The notes under the pieces were generated by a model. It saw only the letters and a list, made by a program, of their open reading frames with translations. It did no database searches and was not told where the DNA came from. The position numbers and the translations under genes were made by a program. Shown piece after piece: positions 50,164 through 58,132 of a stretch of 64,000 bases of DNA. Source of the stretch: a virus. The DNA lies in IMG/VR virus record IMGVR_UViG_3300027741_000048, positions 1 through 64,000 of that record. One strand, 5' to 3'. Numbering within the stretch: the first letter of the stretch is position 1; every line of letters starts with the position of its first letter.

Positions 50164-50512
50164 GATTATTTAATCTTTTTGATAAATAACGCGACTTACC
50201 GTGATAATCAGTATTATTCGTAATACCGCGCGAAATTAAATAATCAATTATAACTTCTATACTATCTGTTTTAATATTATAGTTTTTTGGTATACGTATA
50301 CCACCGTCGTTGAACTCAAAGAGTACCTCATTTAATTCATTTTTATTAGTGTAGCATGTTATAAAAACAGAGCTCTCTGATGGATTAACTAGTACGACCC
50401 ATCTTCTTGGATCGCTTTTAGCGAATACTGAAAAAAGACGTACTACGACGAACCCGTTATCACGTAGTCGTTTTATAAAATAACCGGGTGTCTTAAGTTT
50501 ATTTTTGCTCAT
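50150..50512 (-). CDS. Hypothetical protein
   Basis: 120-aa ORF with TAACTA 6 nt upstream. Confidence 0.6.
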   Translation of the reverse strand: MSKNKLKTPGYFIKRLRDNGFVVVRLFSVFAKSDPRRWVVLVNPSESSVFITCYTNKNELNEVLFEFNDGGIRIPKNYNIKTDSIEVIIDYLISRGITNNTDYHGKSRYLSKRLNNHDEG

Positions 50513-50524
50513 AAAGAATAGTTA

Positions 50525-51259
50525 TCAATTTTGTAACGCAGATGCAATAAATTTTATGTTTGTTGTTTCCGTGTTAGCATCTATAATTAATAGACCGCGT
50601 TTTGCGGCAAGCTCAATACTTACAAGCTTAAATTTCATAAAAGATAGTATTCTGAAGAGCTCAAATTTTAACGGTATACTTATACCTATTTGTTCACCGG
50701 TATAATCGGAAGATATTTTAATACCATAAGAATCGGTATTAGCACGAGACTTATCCGTGAGCTCACCAGTCACATTATTACCATCAAAAGACAAATATAT
50801 TTTATCGGTATCAGTTGCTATGGTACTGCCTTTAATGAGTGAATTAAGTGATGTAAAAGAGATAGTAAACTTACCATCAAACGTAATTTGTTTAAGCTTT
50901 TCTAAACTAATTTGCTTAGGGGTTTTAATGATATTATCTTCGTAAAGATGATACTTAAATCTTACATCACTTGATGTATAGCTAATATTATTGTTTGATA
51001 TGTCTAGGTTGCAATTATTACTCTCAATACATGAAAGAATACGGCAGAGTTTTTTAAGATCGGGTATGTTGAGGTTCTTTTGTACATCAGCTTGTATATT
51101 ATTGTACTCTGCATACACAACTAATGAATTATCATTATTTGATATAATGGATGTAGCTTTATCGTTATCTATTTTTATCACAGCGCAATCCGCAATACGA
51201 CTCAGCGGTGTGATAAAACTATTTAAAAAGTCTTCGCAATTAGGTATACAGAGTATCAT
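50525..51259 (-). CDS. gp45: DNA polymerase sliding clamp (T4 gp45-like)
   Basis: 244 aa with a clamp-like beta/alpha pattern (LNIPDLKKL..ILS; FKYHLYEDNII; KFIASAL) in the replication cluster. Confidence 0.7.
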   Translation of the reverse strand: MILCIPNCEDFLNSFITPLSRIADCAVIKIDNDKATSIISNNDNSLVVYAEYNNIQADVQKNLNIPDLKKLCRILSCIESNNCNLDISNNNISYTSSDVRFKYHLYEDNIIKTPKQISLEKLKQITFDGKFTISFTSLNSLIKGSTIATDTDKIYLSFDGNNVTGELTDKSRANTDSYGIKISSDYTGEQIGISIPLKFELFRILSFMKFKLVSIELAAKRGLLIIDANTETTNIKFIASALQN

Positions 51260-51303
51260 ATTATTAATAATAAGCTCTTTATTCGCTCTATCAAGCGTGA
51301 CTT

Positions 51304-51732
51304 TCAGGTAGGTTGCTTAGATGCAGCAATATTATCTAATATTTTATCAATCTTTCTCTCAACTCTTTCAAGCCTATCAAAGAGTTTATCTATAGTTGCG
51401 GATGTAGTAAAATCTAGTTCTAGTTGATTTTCGTCTTTTTCCGGTAATTGCGTAGCAACAGACTGCGGTGTAATGATTACAGCTGGTTGTGGCTGAGCTT
51501 CTATAGGAGTTAACGTTGCTGGCTGTGTGGGGGTACTTACCGGGGCTGTAGGCGGTGCACTAATAGAGTTAAGCACCGCATGTGGATCAATACTAAAACC
51601 CTGTAATGTATTATTTTTTGAAATAATATTTTTATCAAGTTCTTTAAGCTCACCTAAGTTCTGACCCAAAAACTGAAGAGTCAAAAACTTTAATTGATCA
51701 GGGGTAAGCTCTTGATCGTTAAACGTATCCAT
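51304..51732 (-). CDS. Hypothetical protein (Pro-rich linker, C-terminal coiled coil)
   Basis: 142 aa; contains QLELDF. Confidence 0.6.
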   Translation of the reverse strand: MDTFNDQELTPDQLKFLTLQFLGQNLGELKELDKNIISKNNTLQGFSIDPHAVLNSISAPPTAPVSTPTQPATLTPIEAQPQPAVIITPQSVATQLPEKDENQLELDFTTSATIDKLFDRLERVERKIDKILDNIAASKQPT

Positions 51733-51734
51733 TA

Positions 51735-52598
51735 TTATTCTAGACCCTTGAGAAGATCTGCGATATCATCGCTGTCTAAGCTCGTTGGTGCCTCCTCCTT
51801 GGGGGGAGACTGTATTTTTGGTGTAGTTGTTATAGCAGGTTTTGATACGGTTTCTGCTTCACTATCATACGTGTCTTCTACATCAGTAGTGCAATGATAA
51901 TGCGTGTTAAGAGTCTCTTTAAGCTCATCATAGCTCTTAACCGTAAGGTAGGACTCAAGATCAAAAACACTATTATAAATTTCTTGAATTTTGTTATCGT
52001 CTATACCAGGGATCGCCTTTGGAAGAGCAAATTTTGATGAAACATATGTTGGATAATCTCCCTGCTTTTCAACCTTAATTCTAAAATTACATCCATTTGG
52101 AGATAAGTCAAAAATACGTGGGCCGAAATCTGCAGCGTCGTCACCCTCAATAGCATCCATAATAATCTTATTAAGCTGACGTCCAAAACGAAGTACCTTA
52201 ATCTGACCGTTGTTCTCTGGACGTGCTGGGTCATCAACAACATACACATTAACAAGCCAGTTTTCCTTGCGATTGAGAGCACGAGCTTTATCCTTTTCTT
52301 CCTCTGTACCGTTACGACGGATACGGTAGCCCTCTTCGGCAATAGGGTCGCGCTGATTCCATGTTGTAGGGCTTACGACATTAATAAGCTTACCATCAGC
52401 AAAGCTGTTCCAGCCATAAGAGTAATAATGTAAAAATGTCTTGTTTGGATCTTTGATGTTAGGGAGAATACGAACTGTAAATGTATTACCGGCGTCGGTG
52501 CGTAAAAAATCTTTGTATTTTGTATTTGTGCTCTCAGTTTGCTTAGTGAGTGCGGACTTAATGCTGTCGAACATTGACGATGTGAATGTATTGCTCAT
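51735..52598 (-). CDS. gp32: Single-stranded DNA-binding protein (T4 gp32-like)
   Basis: VRILP; RKENWLVNVYVVDDPARPENNGQIK..FG; FDLSPNGCNFRIKV; YVSSKF; acidic tail. Confidence 0.93.
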   Translation of the reverse strand: MSNTFTSSMFDSIKSALTKQTESTNTKYKDFLRTDAGNTFTVRILPNIKDPNKTFLHYYSYGWNSFADGKLINVVSPTTWNQRDPIAEEGYRIRRNGTEEEKDKARALNRKENWLVNVYVVDDPARPENNGQIKVLRFGRQLNKIIMDAIEGDDAADFGPRIFDLSPNGCNFRIKVEKQGDYPTYVSSKFALPKAIPGIDDNKIQEIYNSVFDLESYLTVKSYDELKETLNTHYHCTTDVEDTYDSEAETVSKPAITTTPKIQSPPKEEAPTSLDSDDIADLLKGLE

Positions 52599-52632
52599 AT
52601 ATTTAATATAGTATATTGTAGTGTCTGATTAA

Positions 52633-53283
52633 TCAACTAGTTATTTTCTTTAAGCCTAAATCAACAAGTTTTTTGGCTTTTTTTGAAGCAAAGTATCTTA
52701 AACGAAATGTCGGCAGATTGTTTATAAAATCTTCGCTAAGAATAAACTTAATCATTTCCATGTCATATTGTCTTAATACTCGTTCAAAGTTCGAAAAGCC
52801 GAATAAGCTATAAGTGTTTATTTTATGTTCTTTCAAATGTATAATAAAAGAATGGGTGTTTTCGGGTTTATAATTAATATAATCGGGTACATTTATGTTT
52901 TGTTGACGGCAAAATGTATTAATAAATTTGAGAGATTCAATAATAGTTTGTAATTGTTCCGGTGTATCTGGATCGAGGTTGTCTTGCTTCTTTTTGAATG
53001 TCGTATAAGCTTTTACAGCTTTAAGTGTTGTAAAATAACTTAGATCAAAGTACTGTTCGTCAGGATATATGTTAAAAGGCGCGTATATAAAGTCTTCAAG
53101 TTTTATATGTGAATGTTTTGTAAGGAAAGCTGATATCTTTTTTAAATAGATAAAATTTTTATCTTGTATATCGGAAAAATCTTTTCTTGCTCTAAACGGT
53201 TGATTTTTTTGTTTTCTTGAAAACCGTAAATGTGTGTTATAAATGTGTTTTTCAAATTCGGTAAGTTCGATTTCTGAAGGCAT
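52633..53283 (-). CDS. Hypothetical basic protein, possibly helicase loader (gp59 position)
   Basis: 216 aa, rich in K/F/Y, immediately upstream of gp32 as gp59 is in T4. Sequence similarity not confirmed. Confidence 0.4.
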   Translation of the reverse strand: MPSEIELTEFEKHIYNTHLRFSRKQKNQPFRARKDFSDIQDKNFIYLKKISAFLTKHSHIKLEDFIYAPFNIYPDEQYFDLSYFTTLKAVKAYTTFKKKQDNLDPDTPEQLQTIIESLKFINTFCRQQNINVPDYINYKPENTHSFIIHLKEHKINTYSLFGFSNFERVLRQYDMEMIKFILSEDFINNLPTFRLRYFASKKAKKLVDLGLKKITS

Positions 53284-53285
53284 GT

Positions 53286-53576
53286 CTAATATATGATAGC
53301 GTTCTGCTTAGCAGAATTCAAATATTTCATTATATATTTGCTTTTATGTAAGCTAGGATCAAACGATAAAAAGGCTTGTACAGCAGCAAAATCACTATTA
53401 ATGTCGCAATATATTTTAAATAATTCTCTAACTTCTTTGTTTTGTAACATGAACAAAAATACATTTGCGAGATTTAACTTCTTTGTATGCATCAATGTTA
53501 CATACGAACAGAAGGCAAGAAACAGATGTTCCTGCTCATAGTTCATAAGAGGTGTATTTATTGTTATCGATTTCAT
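53286..53576 (-). CDS. Hypothetical protein
   Basis: 96-aa ORF with a TTGATT-type promoter upstream. Confidence 0.55.
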   Translation of the reverse strand: MKSITINTPLMNYEQEHLFLAFCSYVTLMHTKKLNLANVFLFMLQNKEVRELFKIYCDINSDFAAVQAFLSFDPSLHKSKYIMKYLNSAKQNAIIY

Positions 53577-53619
53577 CGTCGATAACTAGTTATTACTAAT
53601 TAGTAGTAAATCAATGTTT

Positions 53620-54933
53620 CTAAAGAGATAGCGCTGCTAGTGCATTAATACTCGATGAACTTGCTTCTGTGTCGTTAACATGCTCATCTTCGGTCAGCGT
53701 AAGAGTAGAATAATCTATTCTCAAAATGCATTGTCCGAAATTTTGTCCAAATCTATTCTTCATCATTCCCATCTTAATTACTCCGAGCTCTCTATCTGTA
53801 GGTTCTTGCCAGATACTCATTATTACGTCAGCTGTCATTGCTAGTCCAGAGCTTTCAGAAATTGTCTCCATGCCTGGGTCCGATACACCGAATCCGCTTC
53901 TATTAACCTGTGTTGCAGTAATGATAGGACAGTTAAAAATATACGTTAACGCTCGGACTTGCTCGGTGATCTTTTTAACTTTCTCATAACTATTACCGTC
54001 ACCCGGGTATGTGAGAAGATTTACATAATCGAGTACTATGGCGTCGAATTTTAACCCCTGGTTTCGTAGTTTCTTAATATAAGATTGTAAATAACCTACA
54101 GTAATAGTTGATGGAGGGAATTCTTTAATAAGAATTTTTGCTTCTGGGTTATTGCCTGCGTAATCCTCAAGTGATTGCTTTAGTGTTGGTAGTTCTGTAC
54201 GCAATTTACTGAGAGGAATTTTAGTAATATTCGCACTAATTCTTTGCGCGTAAACCACTTCCGGCATTTCAAGAGATACTAGTAGGACGGATTTGCCTTG
54301 CTTTGCAATATTGACAGCTACATTGCCGAGGAAAATACTTTTACCGATGTTTGTTTCGCCTGTAAAAACGTAAAGTGCTCTACCGTCTTGGAGAAAACCT
54401 CCACTAATTTTTTCATCCAGCCAATTCCACCCTGTAGGAATGTAGTTGATTTGCGAGCTTAAGTTATCAATAAGCTTATCAACATCATTGAGCAGGTCAA
54501 GTCCTGTTTCTGTGGTTAAGGATATATTACATGAACTTTCGAATTTCTCTAAAATTAGAGACGCGTCCATGCCAGGCTTCTCTACTACCTCGAGCATAGT
54601 ATGGTAAACTGCCTTTTCTTTTAAGAAAGTTTCCGTATTCTGAAATAGTTCATCGTTATTAATATTCTTATCAATATCTTTTATTTTGTCTACAACGCGT
54701 TTGTAAGAATCTTTTAGCTCATTCGTCGTAAGACAGGACTTAATCTCGGTAAGAGTCGGGCAAGCATTTCTACGCTGAAAATACTCTTTAATAATGTTAA
54801 AGATTACCTTGATATCACTATCTTTAAAATATATCGGTTTAATAAAATCAATAATAGACGCAAGGTAGGTTTCGTCCTTTAGCGCTCTATATACTATAAC
54901 ACTTTCAAAAAAATCGTGATCGATTTTCGACAT
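53620..54933 (-). CDS. gp41: Replicative DnaB-like helicase (T4 gp41-like)
   Basis: GETNIGKS, SLEM, IKEFPP, LDYVNLL, TATQVNRSG, SESSGL, KNRFG. Confidence 0.95.
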   Translation of the reverse strand: MSKIDHDFFESVIVYRALKDETYLASIIDFIKPIYFKDSDIKVIFNIIKEYFQRRNACPTLTEIKSCLTTNELKDSYKRVVDKIKDIDKNINNDELFQNTETFLKEKAVYHTMLEVVEKPGMDASLILEKFESSCNISLTTETGLDLLNDVDKLIDNLSSQINYIPTGWNWLDEKISGGFLQDGRALYVFTGETNIGKSIFLGNVAVNIAKQGKSVLLVSLEMPEVVYAQRISANITKIPLSKLRTELPTLKQSLEDYAGNNPEAKILIKEFPPSTITVGYLQSYIKKLRNQGLKFDAIVLDYVNLLTYPGDGNSYEKVKKITEQVRALTYIFNCPIITATQVNRSGFGVSDPGMETISESSGLAMTADVIMSIWQEPTDRELGVIKMGMMKNRFGQNFGQCILRIDYSTLTLTEDEHVNDTEASSSSINALAALSL

Positions 54934-54958
54934 CTTTTTATAATAAAAGCTTTACTTG

Positions 54959-55648
54959 CTAATTGCTAGCGTATTCACTTAGGAACTTTGTTTGGTTCTC
55001 ATTAAACGTTTTGTCGTTGAGATCACTCAATCCCGGTGATCCGTGAAACGTAAGAATTGGTATAACACCGAGCTTGAGCTTCTTCTTATTAGCATCAATA
55101 CAACTGGATATGTCGTAGTGGTGGAATGTATAATTTTCATTAAATCTCCAGTTTACTTCACGTACTTTTGCGGTATCAACAGACATGAATGCACCGTCTA
55201 AGATAGCTACACGCGCAGGCGTCGGACCAAAGCTAGTGATTGATGTTGTATTGTTGTTAGATACAAAATGGCCAGCAAACCCTCTTAGGTTACCACCTTG
55301 AAACCCTCCGCACATAATATGCCAGAGAGCAGGTGCCTTAATAATAGGATTAATACCACCGGCTAATCCTAAAATATTATACGTATTATGACCTATCTCA
55401 AGCTTTTTTAAAAAACCAGCGTCATCAATCCACATATCATCATGTGTAAAGAGGATAATATCAGATACGCTTTTATCTAACACCTTATTATATATCTTAC
55501 TTAGACTGTCTGTATTCTGCGTTTTAAACGTCAATTTATCCAACACACTAACATGAAATTCGCGTTCGAGCTTAGCTAAGCTCTGATATAGGTAAGTCTG
55601 CTTGTAGTCGGTTTTTTGTGTACAGGAGAAAATTGAGATTGTTTTCAT
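54959..55648 (-). CDS. Glycosyltransferase, GT-A/GT2-like
   Basis: SLSKIYN, ILFTHDD (DxD-like), LGLAG, LDGAFM, FNENYTFHHYDISSC. Confidence 0.75.
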   Translation of the reverse strand: MKTISIFSCTQKTDYKQTYLYQSLAKLEREFHVSVLDKLTFKTQNTDSLSKIYNKVLDKSVSDIILFTHDDMWIDDAGFLKKLEIGHNTYNILGLAGGINPIIKAPALWHIMCGGFQGGNLRGFAGHFVSNNNTTSITSFGPTPARVAILDGAFMSVDTAKVREVNWRFNENYTFHHYDISSCIDANKKKLKLGVIPILTFHGSPGLSDLNDKTFNENQTKFLSEYASN

Positions 55649-56331
55649 AATAAAAAGAACGGTGAGTTTTTTGTAAAGCCTCCGACAGATGTTATCCCTT
55701 CGAGAGTTATTTGATATAAGACGCCTTCTTCCAGGGAAGTAAAATTAGTCTCTGGAAGAGATGAAAAGGTATTATTAATCAGGTCTGCGTAAATAGTGCT
55801 ACCAGATCTCGCAATGAAAGTATTATGTGTTACTTTATTATAAATCCATAATCCAAATGTACCTTCGAGTTTTGAAAGAATTTTACAAATAAGATCGGTT
55901 TCGCTTAACCCTGATTCGTCGCTTTCTTGCGCTAACAAGGCAGGTATTACTGACGAATCAACCTCATTAAATGTATTTTTATCTCGAACTTGGTTTTTTA
56001 GTTTAATGTCATTAGTTAATACGCCATTGTGCGCGACAACCCACATATTGCATTCAAATGGGTGTGACGTTTTTCGATCAAAGGAACGTTTAGAGCTTGT
56101 CGGTGCCTGTGTATGTCCTAGATAATAATAAAAATCGGATGGTCGCATTGATACACTACTATTTTGAATTGACATATTTTTTGACAATTCAACAACGCTT
56201 TCTTCTTTAACGATAGCGTCGTATGCATGACTTAAAAATAAACCGCCGTATGCAAATGTACCACGTTCTTTATTTTTATTATAAAGTTTGCTGTATTTAG
56301 CAAACTCGTTGGATCCAAATATTCCGCAAAT
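55645..56331 (-). CDS. Class II (Ntn) glutamine amidotransferase, extended to a non-canonical ATT start
   Basis: The frame stays open upstream of the track's ORF to ATT-TGC-GGA-ATA-TTT-GGA = (M)CGIFG. Also ERG, LGHTQAPT, SHPF, AHNGVL, VDS, LEGTFG. Confidence 0.85.
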   Translation of the reverse strand: MCGIFGSNEFAKYSKLYNKNKERGTFAYGGLFLSHAYDAIVKEESVVELSKNMSIQNSSVSMRPSDFYYYLGHTQAPTSSKRSFDRKTSHPFECNMWVVAHNGVLTNDIKLKNQVRDKNTFNEVDSSVIPALLAQESDESGLSETDLICKILSKLEGTFGLWIYNKVTHNTFIARSGSTIYADLINNTFSSLPETNFTSLEEGVLYQITLEGITSVGGFTKNSPFFLL

Positions 56332-56335
56332 AGCG

Positions 56336-56371
56336 TTACCCTCCTCTCCTGTTTGAATAGCTAATATTCAT
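56336..56371 (-). other. 11-aa leader ORF MNISYSNRRGG containing an AGGAGG Shine-Dalgarno
   Basis: ATG lies 10 nt after TTGATA-N16-TATAAT. The stop is 4 nt before the amidotransferase ATT. Confidence 0.55.
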
Positions 56372-56381
56372 AGTATGAATT

Positions 56382-56409
56382 ATTATATCTATAAAATAAC
56401 CAATATCAA
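56382..56409 (-). promoter_or_regulatory. Sigma70-like promoter (TTGATA-N16-TATAAT)
   Basis: Consensus-like boxes upstream of the leader/Gat/GT unit. Confidence 0.55.
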
Positions 56410-56522
56410 TACAGGAAAATTTTATATTGGTTAATATAATAGTCAAAGCTCGGTTGTATTTAGATATTTTAAAATTTAATATCGAACTTCTGCATATGGA
56501 TAAGAATAAATAATTCAAGCAT

Positions 56523-57419
56523 ATGAATCGTGATTCACATTTAATTTTTGAAGCATATACGCAGCGTTTAACGGAAATGGCTCTTAAGACAGATTATACA
56601 AAGGTCCGTGAAGCTATCATTAATGGTCTAAAGGGCAGATCAGGTAATTCTTATCTCTTTAAGACAGTTGCAGATAAAACTGGACAGAGTGTAGAAGAAG
56701 TTGTTGATGTACTTGTTAAGCCTGTGATCGACGCGTTATTCCCAGGTGGTGTATTCTCATCGACAGGTGAGAGAAAGGACCAGGTCAGTAAATTACAAAA
56801 TTCGATTCATCAAGAGCTTGCAAGACAGTACGGCAGTGCTGTATCAGGTTATACAGCGAGAATTATTAAGAATTTTATCGATAATGTTATCGAGACAGTA
56901 GATGATGAAGTTGAGCAAGGAGAGCCTGTTTCAGATGCTAAGAATGACGTTGTAGCAGCGATTGCACAGGTTGCTGATAAATCTGAAGAAGAGGTAAATA
57001 GTGGAGCTACGCAGGAGCAGCCATTAGAAGTAGATGCATCTACAGAAGGTAGCGCCGGTGGCAATGCACTATTACAGCATGCTGTTGATCAGGTTGGTGA
57101 TGGTATTAATGAGGATGAATTAATTGATATTCTTAAACAGCATATCGTACAGAAGGATTCTGATGTTAGTGAAGCACGTGCCAAAGGCCAAGCAAAAGGT
57201 GTTATTAACAAGCTTATTGCATCAAACGTCCTTACAAAAAGAGGTACATATCTTGAACCTGGTGAAAAGGCTGATGAGTTTGCCGAAAAGGGTGATTTAT
57301 CTCTTGTCGGTGCTAGTGAAAAAGAATATGCCGCGCGTGAATTCGGTGTTGGTAGTCGACCGACATCAGGTCGCCAAGTCTTCGGCGGCGAAGACAGATT
57401 CGGCGGAATGTTCGGTTAA
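56523..57419 (+). CDS. Acidic late protein, possible internal head protein
   Basis: AATAAATA upstream; begins MNRDSHLIFEAYTQRLTE; inserted antisense between queC and gat. Confidence 0.55.
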   Translation: MNRDSHLIFEAYTQRLTEMALKTDYTKVREAIINGLKGRSGNSYLFKTVADKTGQSVEEVVDVLVKPVIDALFPGGVFSSTGERKDQVSKLQNSIHQELARQYGSAVSGYTARIIKNFIDNVIETVDDEVEQGEPVSDAKNDVVAAIAQVADKSEEEVNSGATQEQPLEVDASTEGSAGGNALLQHAVDQVGDGINEDELIDILKQHIVQKDSDVSEARAKGQAKGVINKLIASNVLTKRGTYLEPGEKADEFAEKGDLSLVGASEKEYAAREFGVGSRPTSGRQVFGGEDRFGGMFG

Positions 57420-58132
57420 ACCTTACCGAGTAAGTGATCCCAGGGTATATTTCTAGAATATTTAAGAGGATCCTCAATACCTGCATCTATAAAGCCCTTA
57501 AGTCTCAAAGCACATGCTGTGCATTCTCCGCATGCTTCTTCAAGACCTTCATAGCAAGTCCATGTATGACTAAAGTCAACACCGAGCTTTAATCCGAATT
57601 CAATAATCTCCTTCTTTGAGAGACCAATTAATGGAGCTTCAATGGTAATTTTATTTCTCCTATTCAAAACAGTTATATTATTAATAACTGATAAAAACTC
57701 TGGCGATCCATCCCAATATCCTGCGACAGAGTCAGCTTGAGCTGCACCGTGATATACAACACCGGCACCGAAGCTTTCAGCGTATGAGCATGCAATGCTC
57801 AAAAGCATCATATTTCTAAATGGTACGTAATTAACTGTTTGCGGGTCACCCATTACATCTTTCGCTTTAGCAACATCAATAGTATGATCTGTTAACGATG
57901 AACTCTTAATACTATTAAAAAATGGTAACTCTACTACATTGCTAGTACGTATTTTACTATTAACGGTTTCGTTAACATTATTAATCTGCCAACTAGCGTA
58001 TTCTAATTCTTTCTTATGTCTTTGACCGTAATCAAAAGAGATGACATGTACATCATCAAACTTTGATGCCGCTAAATGCAGTAGTACAGTACTATCCATA
58101 CCACCGCTTACTGGCACTACAACCTTACTCAT
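57416..58132 (-). CDS. queC: QueC-family (7-cyano-7-deazaguanine synthase-like) PP-loop ATPase
   Basis: SGGMDS, FDYGQRH, YVPFRN, TWTCY...CGECTAC zinc site. Start placed at MSKVV. Confidence 0.92.
   Translation of the reverse strand: MSKVVVPVSGGMDSTVLLHLAASKFDDVHVISFDYGQRHKKELEYASWQINNVNETVNSKIRTSNVVELPFFNSIKSSSLTDHTIDVAKAKDVMGDPQTVNYVPFRNMMLLSIACSYAESFGAGVVYHGAAQADSVAGYWDGSPEFLSVINNITVLNRRNKITIEAPLIGLSKKEIIEFGLKLGVDFSHTWTCYEGLEEACGECTACALRLKGFIDAGIEDPLKYSRNIPWDHLLGKV

Noticed and set aside
56336-56518. 60-aa ORF ending RRGG as a ubiquitin/ThiS-like carrier for QueC
   Set aside because: Its upstream part crosses an AT-rich divergent promoter region and shows no beta-grasp pattern. Only the last 11 codons lie downstream of the promoter, so the GG is better explained by the SD sequence.
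54959-58132. QatABCD or type IV CBASS defence operon
   Set aside because: No KAP ATPase, TatD, CD-NTase or TGT-like gene adjacent; the context is the phage replisome.
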